From contig CAIJNQ010000172.1 in assembly GCA_903822015.1 (NCBI GenBank), forward strand, positions 1 to 42,857: a stretch of 42,857 nt of DNA, read 5' to 3'. Numbering within the stretch: the stretch's first letter is position 1; every line of letters starts with the position of its first letter. Both the position numbers and the translations under genes were made by a program. Of this stretch, positions 26,122-34,846 are shown piece by piece. The notes beneath the pieces were generated by a model. That model did no database searches, was not told the DNA's origin, and saw nothing but the letters and a program-made list of their open reading frames with translations. The DNA is from an uncultured Verrucomicrobia subdivision 3 bacterium (GTDB taxonomy: Bacteria > Verrucomicrobiota > Verrucomicrobiia > Limisphaerales > UBA11358).

Positions 26122-28476
26122 TTACGGGCCGACGCGCGCCCGGTAAAATTCCTGCGAATTATTGGGATCCATCGGGATGGAGAAATTAAAGACGCCGTTG
26201 GTGCTCGTGAGATTGGTGACCGCACTCCAATTGATCAGGTCGGCCGAGCTTTCAATCGTATAATTCCAGACCGCATCGCCGGTGAAACCGATCTGCACCA
26301 CGCCGCCCTGCACACTGATGGCTTGGAATCGGGCGGCGGCCGGCGGCAGCAGCGCCAGCAGCGCGCCGGAACTCGTCGCGGTCCCGGCGAGGTTCGTCGC
26401 GGTAAGGGAATAATATCCCGTGTTCGTCGGCGAAACGAAACCGAGGGCGAGGCTGGTGTTGGTCGCGCCAGCGATGTTCGTGCCGTTGAACTGCCATTGG
26501 TAATTCGGCGCAGGCAGGCCGCTGGCGGCGGCGAGGAAGATCGCATTGGCTCCGAGCGTCACCGTTTGCGGCAGCGGGTTGGTGGTGATCACGGGCGCGA
26601 TGGCGGGCACTTCCACGCGGAGGTTGTCCACGAGTCCGAAGTTGATGACGCTGTTTGACGAGAGCGACGCGAACGGATCCCAGAAGCCGACGCAGACATT
26701 GCTCGCAGTGAAGGACGCGTTGGTAATGGTCGCGATGCGGATGCCGTCGATCGCCCAATCCACGGTGCTGCCGCGCCGCGAAACGATCACGTCGTGCCAG
26801 GCCAGCCCGAACGTGCCGGGATTCAGCGTGCCGGACTGCTGCGGATAATTCGTGGATTGCAATGCCGGCGCGGGATGGCCACCGGGAAACGCGGAGGTGT
26901 AATAAATATTGGCGTTGTCGAGCGAGCCGGCGGCGTAAATGCCGGTGGCGGCATTTTTCCAGGCGGTTCCCGCGTAGCCGGCGTAATCGCCGGATGTCGT
27001 CGAGGCGGCGCTCACGCCCCCGTCGCCGTCGGCGGAGAAATAAAATCCGTCGGCGGTCGAGCCGCTGCCGGTCCATTCGGTGCGGTTGCCCGCCGTGCCG
27101 AGGCCGGCGGTGAGAAATTCCGTGGAGCCCAAGCCGCCGCCGGGGAACGGGCCGTTGACATTGATCCAGGCGTCAAAGTGCAGGCGATAATCGCCGCCGA
27201 AACTCTGGTTCGCCGGCGAAATTGAAAGGGCGGCGACCACGCCAAGCGTGAGGTTGGCCTTCAGCTGCACACCGAAGGTCGAGCCGCCGGTGGAATGCGG
27301 TGCGGACGGAATGCCGAGCGCCGAGTAATCAAAATTAAACACGGCTGAGTTGTCGCCGGAACTTTTGTTGACAATCCAGTTCGCGGCGGAATTGGTGTCG
27401 AAGGCGTCGGTGAAAACCGGGGCTTGAACCGGATAAACTGTGAGCGAGACGACGCTGCTGGTGGTGCTGCCGACCGAGTTGGTGACGACGAGCGCATAAT
27501 TTCCCGCGTTCGTGGTTTGCACGCCGGTGAACTGGTAGATCTTGTTGGTGGCGCCGGGAATGGGCGTGTTGTTGAACAGCCACTGATAAGTCAGCGGCAG
27601 GGCTCCGGAAACCACGCCGGTGATGCTCACGCTGCCGCCGGCATCCATGACGCGGCTGAGTTGCGGGGATAGGCTGACGGCCGGGGGCGCCGGAGCCGGC
27701 GCATTGGTGCCGACCACAAGAGTGGCAACCAACTGGGCTGGCGTGCCGTTAAAAACATCCGCGTCGCACCCGCCGGCAATGCCGGGAACCGTGGCGGTCC
27801 AACTATATTGCCATGCGGTCCAGACACCCGGCCCCCAGACTTCATCGCTGGAACTGTTGCAGGAAGTGGAGACCCAAGGCGAACTGGTTTGGGCCGGGTT
27901 GCCGCTGGGATTGGCGATCCATGAGTTCCATTGCGCCACACTGGTGTCCAGATACCCGCCGCCGCAGGTGGAGGTATAAATGACGGGCTTGACGGTGATG
28001 CCCACCGCCGCCGCCTTGCTCACGATGGCATTGCACCATTGATTAGCCCAGTCGGCATAACTGGCGGCGCCAGTCACGCCGCTAAAAGTCTCGAAATCGA
28101 GGCACGGCTGGAGAGTCAGGCCGTCGTTGGTGATGGAACCGCCCGCCACGCTCCAGAAGAAATCAGCCTCCGCCAGAGGCGTGTCCAGTTCGGGGTGGGC
28201 AAAATGGTACGCGCCGATCATCACGCCGGCGGCCTTGGCGCCGCTGATATTGCTAGCGAACTGCCCGTCGGTGGTGGAAGCGTATTCCGTGGCCTTGGCC
28301 CAGCCGAAACTTACGCCGGAGCCCTGCACGAGCGTCCAATTGATGGCCCCCTGATAATGGGAAACATCCACACCCAAAGGCCGCTGCGCCATGGCCGGCG
28401 GGGTGGCCCAGCCGGCCGCCGCCGCCAAGCCCGCCAGCGCGATGAAACGGAAAAATAATCCGGGTCCGGGTTTCAT
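26122..28476 (-). CDS. Secreted GH25 lysozyme with two Ig-like domains, an unnamed central domain and a C-terminal FYR domain
   Basis: LGVDVSHYQG, AKATE, GAYHFA, PCLDFE (DxE), PVIYT, WQYS, DADVFNG. Ig motifs PLTYQWLFN...AGNYALVVTN and PNYQWQFNG...GYYSLTATN. Confidence 0.92.
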   Translation of the reverse strand: MKPGPGLFFRFIALAGLAAAAGWATPPAMAQRPLGVDVSHYQGAINWTLVQGSGVSFGWAKATEYASTTDGQFASNISGAKAAGVMIGAYHFAHPELDTPLAEADFFWSVAGGSITNDGLTLQPCLDFETFSGVTGAASYADWANQWCNAIVSKAAAVGITVKPVIYTSTCGGGYLDTSVAQWNSWIANPSGNPAQTSSPWVSTSCNSSSDEVWGPGVWTAWQYSWTATVPGIAGGCDADVFNGTPAQLVATLVVGTNAPAPAPPAVSLSPQLSRVMDAGGSVSITGVVSGALPLTYQWLFNNTPIPGATNKIYQFTGVQTTNAGNYALVVTNSVGSTTSSVVSLTVYPVQAPVFTDAFDTNSAANWIVNKSSGDNSAVFNFDYSALGIPSAPHSTGGSTFGVQLKANLTLGVVAALSISPANQSFGGDYRLHFDAWINVNGPFPGGGLGSTEFLTAGLGTAGNRTEWTGSGSTADGFYFSADGDGGVSAASTTSGDYAGYAGTAWKNAATGIYAAGSLDNANIYYTSAFPGGHPAPALQSTNYPQQSGTLNPGTFGLAWHDVIVSRRGSTVDWAIDGIRIATITNASFTASNVCVGFWDPFASLSSNSVINFGLVDNLRVEVPAIAPVITTNPLPQTVTLGANAIFLAAASGLPAPNYQWQFNGTNIAGATNTSLALGFVSPTNTGYYSLTATNLAGTATSSGALLALLPPAAARFQAISVQGGVVQIGFTGDAVWNYTIESSADLINWSAVTNLTSTNGVFNFSIPMDPNNSQEFYRARVGP

Positions 28477-28480
28477 GGGG

Positions 28481-29575
28481 TTAATTGGCGGCCAACGGCA
28501 AGCCGTGCGCCCCGGCCACGGCGGGATGGGTCACCCGGCCGTTTTTGACATTAATGCCGCCAACCAGCGCGGGATATTTCTGGCACGCTTCCTCGACGCC
28601 GAAGTCCGCGAGCATCTCGAGATAGCGATAGGTGACGTTGGTCAGCGCCTGCGTGGCGGTGCGCGCATAGGCGCCGGGCATATTGGCCACGCAATAGTGC
28701 GTCACGCCTTCCTCGACATAAACGGGATCGTGATGGGTGGTGGCGCGCGACGTTTCGGCGCAGCCGCCCTGGTCAATCGCAATGTCCACCAGCACGCTGC
28801 CGGGCCGCATCCGGCGCAGCATGGCGCGGGAAATCAGTTTCGGCGCCTTGGCGCCCGGCACCAGCACGGCACCGATGAGCAAATCCACCGCCGGCAGCAA
28901 ATCCAGGAGGTGCGATTCGCTGGAAAACAAGGTGTGCGCCGTGTGGAGCGTGATGTCGAGAAAACGCATCCGCTCGAGGTCCACTTCGAGGATGGTCACG
29001 TCCGCGCCGAGGCCCTGCGCCATGCGCGCCGCATTGACGCCCGCCGCGCCGCCGCCGAGCACGACGACTTTGCCGGGGAGCACGCCGGGCACGCCGCCGA
29101 GCAAGGTGCCGCTGCCGCCGAAATGTTTCGCCAGAAAATAGCCGCCCACCAGCACGCTCATGCGCCCGGCGATTTCGCTCATCGGCTCGAGCAGCGGCAG
29201 CCGGCGGTTGACCTCGATGGTTTCATACGCGATGCAGGTCGCGCCGGATTTCATCAAGGCATCGGTGAGCGGTTTGCTGGCGGCGAGGTGCAGGTAGGTG
29301 AAAAGGATTTGTCCGGGCCGGAGCAAAGGCAGTTCAGCTGGCAGCGGCTCCTTGACCTTGATAATCAAATCGGCCTCCGCAAAAACCGCGGCATGCGCGT
29401 CCACGAGCCTGGCGCCGGCCGCTGCATATTCCGCGTCCGGATAGCCCGCGCCAATGCCCGCGCCGCGCTCGACGACCACCTGATGGCCGCGCTTGATGAG
29501 CTGATACACGCCGCCGGGCAGCAGGGCGACGCGGTATTCCTGCTCCTTGATTTCTTTGGGGACGCCGATAGTCAT
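28481..29575 (-). CDS. ald: Alanine dehydrogenase
   Basis: [78 protein letters not shown]. Confidence 0.97.
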   Translation of the reverse strand: MTIGVPKEIKEQEYRVALLPGGVYQLIKRGHQVVVERGAGIGAGYPDAEYAAAGARLVDAHAAVFAEADLIIKVKEPLPAELPLLRPGQILFTYLHLAASKPLTDALMKSGATCIAYETIEVNRRLPLLEPMSEIAGRMSVLVGGYFLAKHFGGSGTLLGGVPGVLPGKVVVLGGGAAGVNAARMAQGLGADVTILEVDLERMRFLDITLHTAHTLFSSESHLLDLLPAVDLLIGAVLVPGAKAPKLISRAMLRRMRPGSVLVDIAIDQGGCAETSRATTHHDPVYVEEGVTHYCVANMPGAYARTATQALTNVTYRYLEMLADFGVEEACQKYPALVGGINVKNGRVTHPAVAGAHGLPLAAN

Positions 29576-29746
29576 GGCCGTTTTGCGTTGGACCGCTGGC
29601 GCAACCTAACAAAGTTCAAAGCGGAGTCAACGACCCGCCGGCTGGCCGAGGGGGACCCGTTTTGGGGGTGGCATTATTCGATGACTCCCACCAGAATCGT
29701 TTCGTCAGCCAGCCCGCGGATGCTGGTATCGCAACTGAAGCCAAAC

Positions 29747-32101
29747 GTGCGAAAAATAAAATTCCATCTGGCCGTCCGGGTTTTGTGCCTGGTGGTCTGG
29801 CTGGCGGCCCGGCCCGCGAGCGCGCTCGAAACCAACGGTGCGGCCACCGTGGCCGAGCTTGCCGGCCGGATTGAAACCCATATTTCCCAGCCGCGATTCA
29901 ACGCCGCCTTGTGGGGGGTTAAAATCGTATCGCTGGATACCGGCAAATTGATTTTTGAAAGCCACGCCGACCGGCTGATGAGTCCGGCGTCGAACAGCAA
30001 ACTTTACGCCGGGGCGCTGGCGCTCGACCGGCTGGGAGCGGATTACCGCATCGGCACGACCCTCCGCGCCACCGCCAAACCGGACGCCGGGGGAACCGTG
30101 CGCGGAGACCTGGTGATCACGGGGCGCGGCGACCCCAGCTGGAACGCGCGCCGTACCGGCACGAACTTCTGGAATCGGTTTACGCCATTCGTCGCCGCGC
30201 TGACGCATGCCGGCGTGCGCCACGTCACCGGGGATTTGATCGGCGACACCACATTTTTTCATTCGCCGCCGCAGGGGAGCGGCTGGGCCGTGGACGATCT
30301 GGAAGATTCCGAAGGCGCGGAGATTTCCGCGCTGACGCTGGACGACAATTTCACCCACATTCGCGTCACGCCGGGCACGAACGCCGGCGGGCCGTGTGTG
30401 TTGGAAATCCTTGATCCGTTCACCGGTCTGCAACTCGATAACCAGACCGTCACAGAAACCAACGGCTCGTTTCCCCGAATCATTCCGCGCCGTTTTCGCG
30501 GTGAAAATGTCGTCCATATTTTCGGTGCGCTGCCCGCCGGCGGCGGATCAGCAACCGTGGACGTGCCGGTGCTTCGTCCGGCGGAATGGTTCACGGCGGC
30601 GCTGAAGGACGCGTTGCGACAGAATGGAATCATCGTAGATGGCCTGGCGCGTTCCGTGTCGTGGCCGTCACCGCCGCCGGTGGCAGAGGTGATGTTGGGT
30701 GAGGTCGTTTCTCCACCGCTGCGCGAACTGGTTCACGATTTCATGAAGCCGTCGCAAAATCTGGAGACGGATTTAATTTTTGAACATACGGGCGAAAAGC
30801 TGCGCGACGCCGCAACGCCGTGGCACACCTCTGAAGATTGTGCGGTTGAATTGCTGCATCAATTCCTGGTGACAAACGGTCTTCCTGCCGGCGACGTGCA
30901 TTTCGACGAGGGATCAGGGCTTTCGCGCAACAACCTCACGACGGCGAACGCCACGGTCGCCCTGCTGGAATTCATGGCAAATCACCGCGCGGCGGCGGAT
31001 TTTATGGCCGCGCTACCGATCGCCGGGGTGGATGGCACGCTGCGCCGGCGCATGAAAGACACGCCGGCGTTTCAGAATGTCCGCGCCAAAACCGGCACGT
31101 TGCGCTGGGTGAACGCGCTTTCCGGCTTCGTCACGACGGCGGCGGGAGAGCAGCTGGTGTTCAGCCTGATGTTAAACCGCTATGACCCGCCGCCGGACCG
31201 CAAACGCACGGATGAACTGGACGACATCGCGGTAGAGCTGGCGCGATGCAAGGGGCGCACCGATGATTCGCTGGAAAAACAGTTCGCGCCTTTCGGAACC
31301 TTGATCGTCACGCAATTCGTTTCGGCGCCGTTTCCGCATCCGGCGCGCGCGGCCGGCCACCCATACCACGATGAGTTTTATCCGGCGCCGGAACATTATG
31401 CGGACAGTACCGTGGCGCTGTTCATCCCGAAGTATTTCCGGGCGACGGACAAAATAGATTTTGTGGTGCACTTCCACGGCTGGCGCAACACCGTCGCCGG
31501 CACGCTGGAGCAGTTCAAACTGGCCGAGCAACTGGCGGGCAGCGGCAGGAACGCGGTGCTGATTGTTCCGGAAGGGCCGCGCAACGCGCCGGATTCCTTC
31601 GGCGGAAAACTGGAGGACACGAACGGCTTCAAGGTTTTCATGACGGAAGCGATGGAAAAACTCCGCGCCAGCGGGGTGGTGAGCGGAACGAATTCCGGGA
31701 TCGGGAAGATTATTCTATCCGGCCACAGCGGCGGGTATCACGTGATGGCGGCGATCCTGGACCACGGCGGATTGGCGGAAAAAATCAAGGAAGCGTGGCT
31801 GTTTGACGCGCTTTACGGCAACACGGATGATTTTGTCGCCTGGCAGAAAAGCCAGGGCGGCCGGCTGCTCGACATATACACGGACCACGGAGGCACGAAG
31901 GGCGAAACGCTTAAATTGATGGAATTCTACAAAGCCCGTGGCGTCCAGTTTTTCGCGGCCGAGGATACCGATGCGCCGCCGGAAGCGCTGCGGACGAACC
32001 AGGTGGTTTTTCTGCACACCGACCTGGCGCATGATGAGGTGATTGCCAAGCGCGGCATGTTCGGCCAATTTCTCAAGGCCAGCGGCCGGGAGAACCAATG
32101 A
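29747..32101 (+). CDS. dacB: D-Ala-D-Ala carboxypeptidase/endopeptidase (PBP4, S13) fused to a C-terminal alpha/beta-hydrolase domain
   Basis: PASNSK (SxxK), GRGDPS, PSQN (SxN), GSGLSRNN, LPIAGVDGTL, AKTGTL, then VHFHG...SGHSGG...LFDALY. Start set at GTG 29747 before a signal peptide; alternatives are 29681 and 29720. Confidence 0.88.
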   Translation: MRKIKFHLAVRVLCLVVWLAARPASALETNGAATVAELAGRIETHISQPRFNAALWGVKIVSLDTGKLIFESHADRLMSPASNSKLYAGALALDRLGADYRIGTTLRATAKPDAGGTVRGDLVITGRGDPSWNARRTGTNFWNRFTPFVAALTHAGVRHVTGDLIGDTTFFHSPPQGSGWAVDDLEDSEGAEISALTLDDNFTHIRVTPGTNAGGPCVLEILDPFTGLQLDNQTVTETNGSFPRIIPRRFRGENVVHIFGALPAGGGSATVDVPVLRPAEWFTAALKDALRQNGIIVDGLARSVSWPSPPPVAEVMLGEVVSPPLRELVHDFMKPSQNLETDLIFEHTGEKLRDAATPWHTSEDCAVELLHQFLVTNGLPAGDVHFDEGSGLSRNNLTTANATVALLEFMANHRAAADFMAALPIAGVDGTLRRRMKDTPAFQNVRAKTGTLRWVNALSGFVTTAAGEQLVFSLMLNRYDPPPDRKRTDELDDIAVELARCKGRTDDSLEKQFAPFGTLIVTQFVSAPFPHPARAAGHPYHDEFYPAPEHYADSTVALFIPKYFRATDKIDFVVHFHGWRNTVAGTLEQFKLAEQLAGSGRNAVLIVPEGPRNAPDSFGGKLEDTNGFKVFMTEAMEKLRASGVVSGTNSGIGKIILSGHSGGYHVMAAILDHGGLAEKIKEAWLFDALYGNTDDFVAWQKSQGGRLLDIYTDHGGTKGETLKLMEFYKARGVQFFAAEDTDAPPEALRTNQVVFLHTDLAHDEVIAKRGMFGQFLKASGRENQ

Positions 32102-33420
32102 ATGCGCCCCGATTTTGGGTTGTGCTTTTCGCCGCGCTGTTGGCCGGCTGTCAATCTATGCCCATTAAACATCCCACCACCCGACCGCCGGTGAAGCTCG
32201 GGGTCGAAGTCCTGTTTGAGAAACATCTCGACCTGATTCGCGGCAAGCGCGTCGGTCTGATCACCAACCCGACCGGCCTGGACAGCCGGCTCGACAGCAT
32301 CATTGACCGCTTTCGCGCGGAACCGGAGGTGAAGCTGGCGGCGCTTTACGGCCCGGAACACGGTGTGCGCGGCAATGCGCAGGCCGGTGAATATGTGCCG
32401 TTTTATTTTGACGAGCAGCTCAAGCTGCCGGTGTTTAGCCTCTACGGTCAGACGCACAAGCCGCCGGCGGACATGATGACGAACCTTGACGAATACATGC
32501 GGACCTTTGACACGAAGCACGAGGGCAAGCAGGTCGAAGCCGGCATGATGCAGTCGGTGGATGTGATGGTGTTCGATCTGCAGGATGTCGGCACGCGGGT
32601 TTACACCTACATTGCCACAATGGCCTACGCGATGCAGGCCGCGGCGGAGGCGGATATTCCGTTCATCGTCCTGGACCGGCCCAATCCGGTCAACGGCGTC
32701 GCGATGGAGGGGCCGATTCTGGAGTATCCCCAATACAGTTCATTCATCGGGCTTTATCCGATCCCGCTGCGGCACGGCATGACGGCGGGAGAATTGGCGC
32801 AACTGTTCAACGAAAGATTTGTCGCGGCGGACGGACACCATAAAAAATGTAAACTCACCGTCGTACCCATGGAAAACTGGACCCGCGGGGAGTGGTTCGA
32901 TGAAACGTCGCTGCCGTGGGTGCTGCCATCGCCGAACCTGCCGACGCCCGAGAGCGCGACGGTTTATCCCGGGCAAGTGATCCTGGAAGGCAGCAATCTA
33001 TCGGAAGGGCGCGGGACGACGAAGCCGTTTGAAATGTTCGGCGCCCCGTGGATTGACGGTTTCGTGCTGGCGAAGCAATTGAACGATTTGAACCTCCCGG
33101 GCGTGAAGTTTCGCGAAGTCTGGTTTACGCCGACTTTCTCGAAATTTGCCGGCCAGCAATGCGGCGGCTGCCAGTTGCACGTCACGGATCGAGACGCCTA
33201 CCGGCCGGTCGCCACGACACTGGCCATCCTGTCAGTGGTGAAGCGAATTTATGGCGGCAAACTGGAACTGCACGCGAGCTATTTTGACAAGGTTTTGGGC
33301 ACGTCATCCGTCCGGGAGGCGCTGGAGCGGGGCGAACCGGTGGATAAAATCGTGGCCGGCTTCAAGTCCGGCCTCACTGAATTCGCCAGGCAGCGCGAGC
33401 CTTACCTGCTTTATCGCTGA
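32098..33420 (+). CDS. namZ: Exo-beta-N-acetylmuramidase NamZ (DUF1343/GH171), lipoprotein
   Basis: LLAGC lipobox, GKRVGLITNPTG, YGPEHG.RG, SLYG, FDLQDVGTR.YTYI, VLDRPNP, RHGMT.GELA, PSPNLP, SEGRGT..PF. ATGA overlap with dacB. Confidence 0.93.
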   Translation: MNAPRFWVVLFAALLAGCQSMPIKHPTTRPPVKLGVEVLFEKHLDLIRGKRVGLITNPTGLDSRLDSIIDRFRAEPEVKLAALYGPEHGVRGNAQAGEYVPFYFDEQLKLPVFSLYGQTHKPPADMMTNLDEYMRTFDTKHEGKQVEAGMMQSVDVMVFDLQDVGTRVYTYIATMAYAMQAAAEADIPFIVLDRPNPVNGVAMEGPILEYPQYSSFIGLYPIPLRHGMTAGELAQLFNERFVAADGHHKKCKLTVVPMENWTRGEWFDETSLPWVLPSPNLPTPESATVYPGQVILEGSNLSEGRGTTKPFEMFGAPWIDGFVLAKQLNDLNLPGVKFREVWFTPTFSKFAGQQCGGCQLHVTDRDAYRPVATTLAILSVVKRIYGGKLELHASYFDKVLGTSSVREALERGEPVDKIVAGFKSGLTEFARQREPYLLYR

Positions 33421-33429
33421 CCTCATTTT

Positions 33430-34617
33430 ATGCGCGCAAAATGTCTGATTGCTTTCGGGGTGATCTGGTTTTGTGCCGTGGCGGCGGGTTTCACCCAAGA
33501 ATTCCGCGCGGACAAACTGGCGGCGATGGATGCGGCGATCCGGGAAGCGATCACCAACCACCAATGTCCCGGCGGCGTGCTGTGGCTGGAACATCGCGGC
33601 GCGGCGTATCACAAGGCCTTTGGGGACCGCGCCCTGGTGCCGGTGCGCGAGCCGATGACCGAGGACACGATTTTTGACGCGGCTTCGCTGACGAAAGTCG
33701 TCGCGACCACGCCGGCGGTGATGCTGCTGGTGGAGCGCGGTCAGGTGAAGCTGGACGCGCCGGTGCAGGCCTACCTTCCCGAGTTCACGGGCGAGGGCAA
33801 GGAGGCGGTCACCGTTCGCGAGCTGCTCACGCACACGTCCGGCCTGCCGCCGGACATCGAAACGAAAACCGACTGGCACGGCCAGGCCGAGGCGATCAAA
33901 AAGGCGTGCGCCGTGAAATTGCAATCCCCGCCCGGAACCAAATTCAAATACAGCGACATCAACTTTTTCCTGCTCGGGGAGATCGTCCAGCGCATGAGCC
34001 GGGAGCCGCTGGAAATCTTCGTCCAGCGCGAGATTTTCGAGCCATTAAAAATGACCGACACCGGTTTCCTGCCGCCGACCAACAAGCTGGGCCGCATCGC
34101 GCCGACGGAAGTGGTGGACGGCCAGCCGTGGCGCGGCGTGGTGCATGATCCGACCGCGCGGAAGATGGGCGGCGTGGCCGGGCACGCCGGACTATTCACC
34201 ACGGCCGCGGACCTGGCGCGCTACGCCCGAATGCTGTTGAATCTGGGCGAACTTGACGGCGTGCGGCTATTCCAGCCGGCAACGGTGCGGATGATGACCA
34301 GCGTGCAGACGCCGCCGGGAATGGCCGCCCGGCGCGGCTTCGGCTGGGACATCGACACCGCATTCAGCGGGCCGCGCGGCGATATTTTTCCGGAGGGCTC
34401 GTATGGTCACACCGGCTGGACCGGCGGCTCGTTGTGGATTGATCCGTTCTCCCAAACCCTGGTGATCTTTTTGTCGAACCGGAATCATCCGACGGAGGCG
34501 GGCAGCGTGACGGCTTTGCGGCACGAATTGGGGACGCTCGCGGCGGAGGCGCTGAAAAAGATTGATTTTACCAGGGCGGCGAGCACATTCATGAGCACGG
34601 GCAGCGACGGAAAATAA
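33430..34617 (+). CDS. Secreted serine hydrolase, beta-lactamase class C/AmiE(YbbE)-like
   Basis: FDAASLTK (SxxK), LLTHTSGL, YSDINF, G.VHDP.AR.MGGVAGHAGLF, YGHTGWTG. Adjacent to namZ, as amiE is in Bacillus. Confidence 0.85.
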   Translation: MRAKCLIAFGVIWFCAVAAGFTQEFRADKLAAMDAAIREAITNHQCPGGVLWLEHRGAAYHKAFGDRALVPVREPMTEDTIFDAASLTKVVATTPAVMLLVERGQVKLDAPVQAYLPEFTGEGKEAVTVRELLTHTSGLPPDIETKTDWHGQAEAIKKACAVKLQSPPGTKFKYSDINFFLLGEIVQRMSREPLEIFVQREIFEPLKMTDTGFLPPTNKLGRIAPTEVVDGQPWRGVVHDPTARKMGGVAGHAGLFTTAADLARYARMLLNLGELDGVRLFQPATVRMMTSVQTPPGMAARRGFGWDIDTAFSGPRGDIFPEGSYGHTGWTGGSLWIDPFSQTLVIFLSNRNHPTEAGSVTALRHELGTLAAEALKKIDFTRAASTFMSTGSDGK

Positions 34618-34667
34618 TCAGGGCGGCAAATTCCGAACATTGAGCGGGCCGGGATGCAAATCGCCAC

Positions 34668-34696
34668 ATCCCCCCAAAACAGGGGGGGATTTTTTC
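34668..34696 (+). terminator. Probable intrinsic terminator of the dacB-namZ-hydrolase operon
   Basis: atcccccc stem, short A-rich loop, ggggggat, then a T run, about 50 nt after the stop. Confidence 0.6.
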
Positions 34697-34846
34697 CTTG
34701 AACTGCCCGCCTCTAAGTGAATAATCAAAACTAACTGCTGAAGAAAGAAATTCAGTTGATCGAGTGGAATGTTGTGGAAGATTGAAGAGGAAGTGCGGCA
34801 GTGCGGTGAAAAAATCGTAGTAAAATCCAAACCAAAAGGAATCAAG

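Noticed and set aside
28391-29746. Apparent 450-aa N-terminal extension of DacB (1236-aa ORF)
   Set aside because: Mostly the antisense of ald; the signal peptide begins near 29747.
22951-34617. Beta-lactam resistance cluster
   Set aside because: The three SxxK proteins sit with murein recycling genes, and the class-A-like one lacks the deacylation motif; peptidase roles are more parsimonious.
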